Below the pieces are notes generated by a model, which was not told the DNA's origin, ran no database searches, and worked only from the letters and a program-made list of their open reading frames with translations. Source: Octopus sinensis (taxonomy: Eukaryota). From it: a stretch of 64,000 nucleotides of DNA. The translations under genes and the position numbers were made by a program. Location: contig NC_043002.1 in NCBI RefSeq assembly GCF_006345805.1, positions 19,530,001-19,594,000 on the forward strand. Reading direction: 5' to 3'. Every line of letters begins with the position of its first letter. Within the stretch, counting starts at the first letter, position 1. Positions 1-13,330 of the stretch are shown here, in pieces.

Positions 1-93
1 TGAAATCATATAAGTGATACTTCATTCAATGTTTAATAGTCTAAGGACAAAATCAGTGATGTCATTCTAAAATAAATTTTTCTTTTATTCTAG

Positions 94-177
94 ATTGTTA
101 CCACTCCATATGTTCCACGATCTTTAAATCCAAGATGGGAAACCTATTCTGAGTTTTTTGTTAAAGATTTCACTAAG
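94..177 (+). CDS. Exon (first in window), C2 domain: IVTTPYVPRSLNPRWETYSEFFVKDFTK
   Basis: ttttattctag acceptor; AAG|gtacaa donor; phase 0/0; C2 LNPxW motif. Confidence 0.88.
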
Positions 178-3100
178 GTACAATGCTTTTCACATCTTCA
201 TTTTTTTCAAATTATTTTATATCATATCCTTTAATTTCATCATCATCAAAGGTTTTGATAATTTTCTTTTATACTTTAATTCTTTTTTGGAAATTTTAAA
301 AATTGCTGGTGGGAAAAATTTTACAACTCTAATTACTCACCCATAAACTAGTTTCTGTTAGCTCTTTACTATATTGCGGAAAGTAGAACAGAGACCAGAG
401 ACCAGAACCATGTCAACTGGATGTTTGTGCAAAACATGACACAAAACATTGTTAATGCTCTAATTTTTATTTAATGAAATAAAAATGAAGAAATTTGTTA
501 CAGATTTTGAATTTTTACTTTCAATATAGATACTCTAGAAACAAAAAATGAGAAGTTGATTTTCTGTAAATAAATATGCAAATTTGTTTGAACATTTGTA
601 GGTTCTGACATCTGCCATATAACAGCCATATTAGTATGAAATACATATGCAAAACTCACCTGTCACTTGTGAATCATTAACTATAGAAAATGCTTATAAC
701 AGTTAATTTTATTTGTAAATAAATCATAGCTTTCAGTTGATTTTGTGTAAATGAATATATGAATTAACTTGAACAGGTTGTACAGGTTCCAATACCTGCC
801 TTACCACATCCAAAATAGCATAGAAAATATCTAGTCATACCATAAATAATGCGGTCTTTTCAATTGCATAAACTAAAAGTCAGAGGGAGATGGAATAAAC
901 TACCTGCATTGACTTGCTAAAAAGCAGGTAGTAATTTTACCTTGTCCTTATTCTTAGTGCAAGTTTTGAAGAGTGCAGTTTGATTTTAACAGTTTTTTTT
1001 CAAAGCTCTAATGGAAGTGACAAAGGAGCATATTTAGCATATTTTGCTTTATGAGTTCAATAATGGCAACAATGCTATGGAAACTGCAAGGAATATTAAT
1101 GCAGTATATGGGGATTAGACAGTAAGCAAAAGCCAGTATCAACAGTGATTCCAGAAATTCTGAGCTGGAAACTACAGCCTAGAAGACAAGCCTCATCCTG
1201 GAAGTTCTGTAGAGCTTGAAGTGGACGTCCTGCAAACTCTGATGGAACAAAATCCCATCGTAACCATTGAGGAACTAACAGAGAAACTTGGATTTGGTCA
1301 TTCAACCATTCATCGACACCTGCGTGCCATTGGAAAAGTCAGCAAATTGGGTCCTCACAAACTTTCTAAGTCTAATTGCACACAGAGAGTGAATGTGTGC
1401 TCTTCTTTGCTGTCACTTCTCATGAATGAACTATTTTTTGACTGAATAATGACTGGTGACGAGAAATGGATTCTCTATAAAAATATCAAGCACCAAAGAC
1501 AGTGGGTAGGGAAAGGAGAAACACCAGCATCCCAGGCTAAAGAAAGTCTTCACCCACATATGTTGTTGTTATCTGTTTGGTGGGATATGAAAGGTTTGGT
1601 CCACTTTGAACTTTTAAACCCAAACTAAATGATAACAAAGGAGATCTACTGTGAGTAACTCGAGCTGCTTAAGTCAGCACGAGAAGGAAAACGACTCTCT
1701 TTGGTTTCAAGATGAAAGGTGTTCTTCCATCAGGATAATGCTCTGCTACATATTCCAGCCATGACAATTTCAGCTTCTTTTGTCAAGCATTGTACACCTA
1801 GGACTCCAATGTGTCCATTTTTTTTTTTAAAGAAGATAGTATAGTTTGAAGGTGATTTGACTGCATTTTCTAACAGGTCAAGTAATCCTACAACATGCAG
1901 CAAGCTGTCAGGTTGAGAAAGTTGGTGCCACTTGATTGCAATGTTTCTGTATTTAACCAACTCCTAAACGTAGGTAGCTGTGTCAAATTCTAAATTTTAG
2001 GACATGATGACTATAATGATGAAAGGGTGACCATGACTTGAACAACAGCTAAATCCTGAAGCTTAACCCAAACAAATAAATTAAAAATCTGATATCTGCA
2101 TATTCTCCATTCTGAGTTTATGGATTAGTTTAAAATGTATTATTGGGTGCCTTTTGGATATAATTCTGGTCAAGCTCACTCTTGTGTGGAACTATTCAAG
2201 ATCCATTCTATTTATAGTTGGATTGGTATGATATGTCTTTGAATATAAAATTTTTCAATTTTAAAGAAAAAAGTTCAGTCCGTCTATAATTTAGAATTTG
2301 CCTTTCCTATTATTTAATATTCAGTATTCTATATAATATTCTATCAACTTTTAAAGTAAATCTCTTTTACAATATAATCATTGTTAATATTTAATTAGTC
2401 TGATTTCAGCTTTCAGTATTTCTTAATCTATTACTCTCCCCCCCTCTCTTTCTCTCTCTCTGATTTATCTTTTATCTTTTATCTATTTCAGACCAAATTA
2501 AGTTTTTATGTCTTTGACTGGGATGGAAGAAATATCATTGATGATGATTTTCTTGGCTGTGCCTTCCTTGACGTACATCAGGCAAGATATTTTTTATTAT
2601 TATTATTATTGCTTCAGTTCCCTTAACACATTTTGATTCTGTATGAGCAGAATGCAGAGAACCCTCATAGGACCCCACATTGTTGTCTTTGCAATGAAAA
2701 ACTGAAAACTTAAATTATGCTCCTCTCACTAATCCCAGCTCTTTAAATGATTAGGTTTTTTTTTTTTTTTTTTTTGCTTTTAAGAACAGTGGTTGCAGTT
2801 GGCAGTTTATATTTCCTAAACAAATGTTCCTGTATTTATTAGCTCTTGTTCTTCCATATAGTTAATATATGAAACAATTAGTTATATTGAAAGGAATTGA
2901 CAGATTTAATAACTACCCATGAAGTTTAGCTTGAAGTTGCAGAGCAAACACAAAAGTCTGTGGTGTAAGATCCTGCTTAATTTAGATTCATTTATCAATC
3001 TCTATAACATACCAGAGCCTCCCATCTGTATCATATTCAAGAAAATCCTATAAATTGCATACTGATTAAATCTGAATAAATGAATTTAAATATTTAAACT

Positions 3101-6100
3101 ATAAGGAACAATAAGCAATAAAGTTTTGATTTTGGAGAATTTATAGATCTGATTTCAAATCCTGAGATATTCAGTTCTATGTTCCATCTTATACTTTTGG
3201 GTACTTGAAATGATAATTCTTGTGAGTTACTTGGTGACTTCATTGCTGTGGATGACCATAAAAAGCACCCAAGACACTCTGTAAAGTATTGGATGCTAAG
3301 GGCATCCAATCGTAGAAATCATGCCAAAACAGATAGCTGAGCCTGGTGCAGAACTCAAGCTTGCCAACACTTGCTGAAGCATCCACTCCATTCCAACATG
3401 GAAAACAACATTAAATGATGATAATGAAATCAAGAGTTTAGCTGTATATTGGAGTAAATTTCTTTTTTATGTGCAAAACATGTGTATTTATATAGTTTTT
3501 TGTATTAAGCCCTTCTACAATTTCCAACTTTGGCAGAATTTACTGAAGTAATTACAACTACATTGCTAAATTTCTGAAGTCAATTATTTTGCAGTTGTGA
3601 TGATGATAATGGGAAACAGGTAACCACATTTCAGTTTGTAACTTGACAGAACAATAATACCACCTATTTTTCATCCATAAACCAAGGTTTCAAACCCAAC
3701 TGCAGGCATTACCTTATATTCTTAAAAGAGTCTTAAAGTGTTACACTGCTTGCTGAAGTCAATTAATTGGAGCTGTGGTAGTAACTTGTAATGTTTACAT
3801 ATCATCATTAAGTAGTCCTTATATGTATATACTAGAGTTTATATAAACTTTTTTAATATTTAGAATATTAAATTCTTAGGCAAAAAAAAAATTACACCTT
3901 TGATATGATTAAGTTACTTGATTAATAATTTTTTCATTGCACCAATTTAAAATACTGCATCTTGAGCATTGCATCATACATATCTGTAACAACTTCACAA
4001 CTATTTTTTTAAAGTCTTGCTATCATTTTTTATTCTGATTTATTCTGATATTCAACCAGTTCTCTTAGGTTGAACGAAGAAACTTGTAAAATTGAACAGA
4101 AAAGCATTATTACATTATTCCATACGGTATGGTGATAACTTCTGGCTAAATTGGGCCTGAAGCTTAATTTTCAATTGCCAGTTGTAATTGCTTTATTAAG
4201 GCAACTAATCAAAGGTATATATTCTGGGTATGGTACTAATGCATTTCAGCACTATTTCTATCTTAAATATTTTTTCTTCTAGTGTCTACATACATACATA
4301 CATACATACATACATACTGTTCATTGTGTACCAGGATAACCACAGCCCTTGGGCTGAAACTAGGAAAAAAATACATAAATATACATATATACACACACAC
4401 ACATATATATATAAACACCATACTAAATGATTTAAAGATATGTAATTTATTATTGAAAACAATGTACACATCAAATGTTCCACTCACCCTGTTTCAGTAT
4501 CCATGGTACATTGCTATAACAAATGTTTTTGCAAAAGGCACAAATGATAAAAATTCATGTTTATATTATTAGTCTTATTGCACATGCTTCTCATTTCTCT
4601 TAGGAAAGGCATTAATTCACAACTTCACATTCCTATTTCCCTATAAAATCTGTTGCTTTATATCAGTGACTCCCAATCCATAAGTAGCTGTACAAGTCTG
4701 AAAGACATGTGAAAATCAAACCTTATACTCTTGAAATGTAAACTATCCATTGATATATTATACAATAAGCCAAAAGCATAAAGGCTGCAATATATTTTTA
4801 GAAAAAAAGAATATTTTCTCTAAAAAAGTTTTATGCTAATTTCGTTAAGTTTTCTGAATTTTTTCTTTTCTTTTCAATATTAAAAAGTAGGTCAAGGCGG
4901 CGCACTGGCAGAACCTCTAGCATGCCAGATGAAATGCTTAGTGGTATGTCGTCTGTCTTTACATTCTGTGCCCAGCCACTAAAAGAAAGTAGCTGAGATG
5001 GAAACTTTAAACACTGGATTTGTAATCCAGAAGTTGAGGTTTTCAGTTCCTCTTTAATATTTAATTATTACAGTAATAGTATACAGGCAGTAATTACTAC
5101 ATTTCAGTTTCTAAATTACCCAAGAAATTTTTTTATTTCTCACTTTCCTTGAGTCATTGAAGTCACTGATACCAATATATCGATCAATTAAATACACTAG
5201 CTCCAGATAATATTTACCTTTTGTGCCTCAAGTACCAGTAGTTTACTGAGCAAAATTCAATTGTCTAGACTCTCTAAAAAATTGACCTTGTGTTTAGTCA
5301 GAAAGAAATTGTTAGTGTGACCATCACTTAGTGATGTTTGAATTTGGTAAGATGTGTGATCACAGATAGAGATCTACCAATGCATTTGATGTTCTGAAGA
5401 AACATTTCCAGCTAAGAATTCCTGGTTGGGATTGTCACCATTACCATCATCATTTCAGACCTCCATCAGTTCCTAAACTCATGAAAACAAAAAATACCAA
5501 AAAAAGTCATCATCTAAAAAAAAGATAAAGTAATGTTTCTAGCTCCTTAAATTCACTTTGTACTCCTTAAATTTCTCTTTTTAAGGATAAATGGATTCGC
5601 AACACTGCTAATGAATGGATACATCAGGTGACATGATTGTTACTAACAAATAGATTACATCCAGTAAATTGTTGTCCTTTACTCCCTTTATACTTAATTA
5701 TATTTGACTTACATTTGACCACTTTAGCCGTTTTAAATAACTTCAAGAAAACAGAATTTTGCATCCACAACATCTACATGTATATTGGAATGAAAGATGC
5801 TGTCTTTTATTCTATGGTGGATTAGATTTGTGACCAAACACATTGAAACAATATTATATCCCAAATTAAAGGTAATATATACATACCTCCTTTATAGGAT
5901 ATATTCAAGATTTTTCTATTCTGTTTTATCTTCGAAGATATTGCTCTCTTAGATCTAATTAATTTAAATAATTTTTCATTTCTTATTGAGTACTTTAAAT
6001 GAGAAATACCTCATTTTTAGATGAATTTATATATGTACAGTGAAGTACATATATATGTTATCCACTTATATTCACACATTCACTTAAATGTATAGATACA

Positions 6101-8840
6101 TCCATACTTACATACCTACATATATGCAAACCTTTATATGTTTGTATGTAAGGTATATATATATATACACACATACATGTACACACACATACACAGACAC
6201 ACACATAATAGTTTTATCTCCCATTCCTAGTTAATTCTATTTATAACTTAATTTTGTCTGATTTCTTTCTTTATTGCTTACATATTTTAATTTTACTGCT
6301 TGGTGTTTATTTTTTTTTAATATATATTTCAATATAAGCTTGCTTTTTTTCTTTGGCATGCTGAACTGCTTGCTTTTTAATTAAGTGCATACTAATTCCG
6401 TTTAATTAATTAAGTTTATCACATTGATTTCTTGAGCAGTTTAATTAAATTGACTTTCCATCTTTCTTTTAAATCTATTCTCATGCATTCTTTCAAAAGA
6501 TCGTGTAGAGAGAAGTCCTATTGAGTGAGGAAAGTGAAGTTGTTCTAAATTACTGTTATTTAAATTATTTTTCTTTTAATTTGTATTTATTTATTTCTAG
6601 AAATATCTTTAGTAATCAGTAAATTAGTGGTTAACCTTCTTGATGCCAATCTCCCTGAGACAACCCCTGTTTCTGTGATATGTGTCTCGTCATAAAGTGT
6701 TCTTATTTAAATTAGGGAAGGTTCATGGCTCAGTGGTTAGAGTATCAGGCTTACAATCATGAGGTTGTGAGTTCAATTCATGGACTGGGCTGTGTGTTGT
6801 GTTCTTAAACAAAACACTTTATTTCACATTGCTCTGCTTCACTCAGCAATGGAAATGAGTTACAACATCAGTGGCATGGTGAGGGGAGACTAGTATACAT
6901 GAGTGACTGTTGGTCTTCCACAAACAACCTTACTTGGACTTGTGCCTCAGAGGGGAACTTTTTAGGTGCAATCCTATGGTCATTCATGACTGAAGGGATC
7001 CTTACTTTACTCTTTACCATTTAAATTAAAATCTTCCATCATAATTTTATTCTAGAACCGAGTGTTAAGTTGTACTCCAAGCACTATCATGATATTGAAA
7101 AGAGTTACTTTTCTTAAATTCTTCCACAATTAATTGGAACACAAAGTGTGTTTTATATGAAATGTGATCGCAAATAGATTAAACAGTTGGATTACAAAAA
7201 TCCTTGGAGTTGAAGCTTTGCCAACTGTTTTTGAGATATTTTTCTTTTCTCAAAGATATGTTGCTGTAAAGTTCAAGGTCTACATAACAATGTATTGAAA
7301 GAGCTCGTGTATGTGTGTACACACACGTGTGTGTGTGTGTGTGTGTGTGTGTGATGAGATAGAGAGAGTAAGTTTATGTCAGTTTTCCCAATACAAAGAT
7401 ATGTCATTTACCAGCAGGTTAGTTTCTGCTCAGAGATAAATAATCAAGTAATTAAAATATTTAACAACTAGATGGTAGATTGTGAGTTACTACAGGTATT
7501 TAATTCTGTTTAAGCAAGGACACTCAATACTTTATGCTTCAGTGTATCTGTACCTGTTGAGTACAGGTAACAGAGCTTGAGACATTTCCTGTGATACACA
7601 AAAGATAAACATCCAGGGCTGGAAATAAGCTCTAGGGGTTATGAACTCTTATAGTTTTAGTTAGCTTACCCTGGCTTTTCTTTATTATCTTTAAGTTCAT
7701 TTATCCTCTTCCATAGATCAGATCAGATCTGAGCTGAAGGTTAAACAATGACAGAATGAAGGCTTAGTCACACCCCTGTAACATTCAATTTTGTTTTTAT
7801 TCAATTTGGTTTTATTTTCATTTTCACTTTACTCTTATTTGATTTGAAATAAATATTATTTCAAGTAAAGTTAGTCAAAACTCAGCTACATTTAATACCA
7901 AAGTATTTCATTACTTTGCATCAACTTGCTTTATTTTTTTGCTTTTTTTCTTTTACTTATTTTATCTGCTGGATGCTTGATACTAACATCTTTACAGAGA
8001 AACAGCTTTTTGCTTACATATTAACAGCTATTTTTTTGGTTATTTGATATTGCCAATTCAGTTTGTGATAGTTTTGTTTTTGATTTTTTTTGTTTGATTT
8101 TTTTAAAAAATACATTACATGAAAATGAATTATTGTGAAAGATCTTAAGTATTGACAATAGGAAAGGTGATAATGGAATCCAAAATAGCTTCTGATTTTT
8201 AATGTCTTTTCATGCCTTGAGTTCAAATCCTGCTTGGATCAACTTTGCTTTTCAACTTTCTGAGGCTGATAAAATAAATACTAATTTACAAGTACCGGAT
8301 TGATATAATCAATTGCATATAGCATGGCCACATACTGAGCATAGTCAATTGAATAATATACATACAGAGAGAAAGAGAGAGAGAAAAGATAAACTTAGGT
8401 TTCATCCAGTATTGGCTTAGACTATGTCTAACCTAAGAGCACCTATTTTATACTTTTCTGTTACATATTTCAATCACTGAACTTCGGTCATACTGGAGCA
8501 TTGCCTTGCAGAATATAGGTATTCTTATCCATCCCATTATTTATTTTATTGAACACAGATTAAATAGGCAAAGTGGACCTAAGCAGGGTCCTAAGTGTTG
8601 GTGTATGGATTGTTTCAAACACACACACATACACGCACACGAGTGTGTGGGCAAATGTGGCACTCAACACATTCCTAAGGAGTCATATATATTATTTAAG
8701 AGCAGTATGCATCAAGTCAAACTGTTATTAAATAATACACACACACACACACACACACCTATCTGACTAACTTTCTGTCCCTATATGTATTTCCATTATC
8801 TTCTGTTTCATTCACTCACCCATTTATCATTCTTTCACTT

Positions 8841-8925
<85 letters not shown>

Positions 8926-11321
8926 ATAATTTCACCAATCTATCTTTTAATTTTTTACTCTTTTAATAATTCATTCTCTCCTTAATTTTCCTCACTCCTT
9001 ATCTTCCTTATTTTACATCAATTTCTCTTGTCTACTTCAAATCCCAAATACCTTCTCACTTGCATTACATTTAAACACTTTTAATTTCAGCTCTATGTGT
9101 ATATGTGTGACTCTGTGTGTTTGATGGTGTGTGTGTGTGTATGTGTGCTGGCACCTGTATCTCTGTATGTGTTTGACAATAATCAAATGTTAAATAATAA
9201 CTTTGATGACGATAATGATACTAATGATGAGAGTAGTAGTAGTAGTGATGATGATGATGATGATACTGCATGATTGTTTTAATTTCTCTATTTTCTACTC
9301 TCTAGTTCACAACTGAACAGATATTTGTAAGAAGAGCATCCAAATGTAGAAACCTAAAACTGTAACAGCATACAAATGTTTCGTAAAATAGATCTTTCCC
9401 ATGCTGGTATGGAAATATGAATGTAAAAGCTTAACATAATACAACTCCTATATGCAGACTCTTTTAGTTTCATATATACACACATTCATAGAAGCATAAT
9501 TATGTTGATATACACATTCTTATAATAATAATTTATATATTCTTATAAGTACACATTCATGTATATATCATTCCTTTATGTTCATTTTCCATGCTGGCAT
9601 GGATTGGTCAGTTCAATAGAATCTAACCAATCCAATGTTTCAGTTTTGACATGGTTTCTATGGCTAGATACCCTTACTAATAACAACCATTTACTGAGTG
9701 TGCTAAGTGCAAAAATATATTCAGATAAGCATATACAATAATCACATGCATAAAAATACCTGAACATACACACACATACTCTATATTCATATAGAAATAC
9801 ATTATATATGGATAGGTTCATATATTGCATACCTAGATTATTATTACACACACACACACAAGCATCAAAATGAACTAATCCCAAATCTTAAAGCATGTAT
9901 CTGCTTTGTTTTCCTTTTTCTTTTTTTTTAATATGTTATTTCATCTAATACATTTTTCTTACATAATTTATCTTTGTGTTAAATAGAAGGAAAATTTTTG
10001 TATCCGGAAAGCTCTGTCCCTTGGAAATGACAGGCCTTCATCTGGTTTTGTGGCAGATAAATCCTTAGGTTACGTCATCGTATCAGTGATATTTCGTCCT
10101 GTTCCATCAGTGGCAAAATCCGGTAAGTTGTTCATTCTGTTTAAAAAAAAAGAAGAAATTGTTGTCGGTATACGGCACATGGCCTAGTGGTGAGGGTGAT
10201 GCAAGACTGTGGTTTTCATTACTGGCCTGGGAATTGCTCTTGTGTTTTAGAGTAAAACACCTCATTTCACATTGCTCCAGTCTGCTCAGCTGTAAATGAG
10301 TACCTTGCAATGGACTTGGCATCCTGTTCAGGGCAATGTTGTAATCTTAGTCACTTATGTGCCATGGAAAGTGAGTAAACAGTCCAATGAGTCCTAGGGC
10401 TCGAGATAAAAATTTTTTTAAATGTATGTTGGTTTATGGGCTGTGTCACATTGATTATGGTTATGCTTTTAATGTTTAAGTCCTAGGTTAGCTCTGATCT
10501 AACAGGCCTATGATAATAAAAGATGTTCCTGCCATGATTATCCAATCTTTTCTCCAGACATAATCTAGAATTAAATTATCTAAGGAAACCTCTTTTTTAA
10601 GATGATAGGTTTTGATTTTGAAGAAAATTTCAGTCAGGTTAGCAACTACAAAGAATCTCCACTTATGACTAAGCACCGATTAAGCTACCCATGAGCAAAC
10701 ACATTCCAACTATGACCATTCAGTCTTTTTTTCATACATTATCCAATGTACAATTTCTTTTCCAACATGGGAGTGAGTAATCTGAGAGAAAATTAGCTGT
10801 TATTTCTAACACATTGGATGGCTTTGTAGAGTCTATTTTGTCACCTTGCTAGTTTTAATGTTGTAATTGTTGTCCTCGTGTTATTATTGATAATTGGTAT
10901 AAAGGTAGTAAGCTGGCAGAGCTGTCACTTACCGGACAAGATGCTTAGCAGCATTTCATGCCTTTACATTCTGAGCTCAAATATCCTCGAGATTGGCTTT
11001 GCCTTTCATTGTTTTGGGGTCAATGTAATCAACTTCCTCCTGCTGACCTTGTACCAAAATTTGAAGCCATTAGTAAGTAGTCTAAGTTTGAGATTAGATC
11101 TCAGATGGACTTCACAGGTAAGATGATTCAAAACTGAAACTTGAGGCAGTATGGCATTCTAAAGATCCCTCCAACTAATTTATTACAATATGTGAGAAAT
11201 AATTGTTAAAACAAGGAGAATGATAAGGAATATATACCACAATGGAATTGTCTCTATTTCTCTCTCTCTCTTTGCTACTTCAGCTTTGCTCTGTCTCTCT
11301 CTTACTCATTTAGCTTTTCTA

Positions 11322-11372
<51 letters not shown>

Positions 11373-11696
11373 CTCTATCTCGCATTTTCTTCTCACAGAA
11401 AACTACCAGCCTTTCCAAACCAATTTCTCCCAGAAGCTATATGTTGAAGACAAAGTATCTCCACAGTCTATGGTATGTATCTCAAATATCTTACATTATA
11501 CTATACCTAGCTAAGAGTAATTATAATGCACTCAGTAGACTACATATATCTTGTTACCAAATGTAAATATATATAAGATGTGAAGTCTCAAAGTGAATCA
11601 AGTGCCAAGAGTTCTATGCAACACACTTATCTTAGAAGTTTAAGTGTCTTGCATTAAACTCTAGGCCTTTAAATCACTAATGCAGCTTCACCGCTA

Positions 11697-11767
<71 letters not shown>

Positions 11768-13289
11768 ATAATATATATATATATATTCTCTGCTTTATCT
11801 GTTGAATTTCATTTCTCTCATTTGTACCACCAAACTTACACCTACACATATGCACATAATCTTGTTATTTCCTTATAATAAGAATATATCAACATTATAT
11901 GCAGTTGAATTTTATTGAAGATGTCAATGTGGTGTTTATATTTGTTTTTTACTTTGTTTCATTTTACTGGAAGGAAAGAGGCTTCTATTTCAAACAAGTT
12001 GATCTTCAACTTTTGGCTTACAGCTAAAAATTTATCTCTGTAATCAAGGAAATAAGCAACTGTCTATCTTAAGTTGTGACCTCAAATCATAGTGCAGTCT
12101 AGTCTTGCCTGCATTTTAGGTGCTTGTGTTAATCTTGGTTCATACCTCAATAATTATGCACACTTCTTATAATCTATGCAACATAAAACTTTTTAGGATG
12201 TGGTAGTTAAAAAATATATGTGTTAATTACATTGAATAGTTACTGCAGTTAAGACATGTCAAGGGTTATGTCAAAGCTATGGATATTTTATATGTCCCAA
12301 AATAGACCCATTTTATAGAGGAAGTGCATGGTTACTTTAGTTTTTAGTGCGTATGTGTGCATGCAGTCATGTTTCTATATTTAATATTCTAAGTGGTAAA
12401 CAATGGTGTCAATAGTTATGAGTTTCCAATGGGCCAAATATTAATTCGCTGCATTTCTGGTGGTAAGAGCAGCAATGGAGTGCCTGTAACTTGATGCAGA
12501 ACTTGGATTGCAAAGGATTTCACTCAAAAAGCATCAATTTTTTCCTTGCTAAAATTTGCATCCTTTGCTATTTATTATACATGAGAAGGAAATATATCCT
12601 CATGTACACATATACACACACATATACATGCATGCGTGTGTGTGTGTGGTTGATGGAAACTGACAGAAGCCCATCATACTGTATGTGTTTGTGTCTCTTT
12701 GTCTTTGAAGTTTTTGAAGTTTTGACCAGTTAAGTCATTATTGGCCAACTAAGCTATATATATATAATGAGCATCTTTCAGTTCCCATCTACCAAATTCA
12801 CTCACAAGGCTCTGATTGGCCCAGGGCTATAGTAGATGTTTTCTCAAGGTTCTACACAGTGGGACTGAACCCAAAACCATGTAGTTGGGAAACTAACTTC
12901 CTGATTATGAGGCCAGATTTTTTTACAACATCCATAAGGTATTCCTGGGGCACTTTCAGATCTTTAGTTGCAAAGGGCTAACACTATACCATCCCTTTCA
13001 GCCTTTTCTGATGATTGCCAGAGTTTTTCTGAATTCCTGGTAAGAAACTGATTGAGACATCTGCTGTTATAACAATATAATGTTGTATTATATATGTATG
13101 TGTGTGCACATATATATGCACACACACATATATATATATATATATATACTGCAGAGTTACCCTAGGTTTTGCACCCACAAAGCCTAAGCCTTGTGGACAG
13201 CTCGTCAGACTCTATATGAATACAAAATTTTAAAATATCTATATCGCAGACGTGAGGAAATGCCAGAACTTGAGGAATATGCAGCATAG

Positions 13290-13330
<41 letters not shown>

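Noticed and set aside
9306-9326. 21-nt AG...GTAAGA micro-exon candidate
   Set aside because: The donor side appears to be a decayed RTE-3'UTR repeat, and the C2 reads continuously without it.
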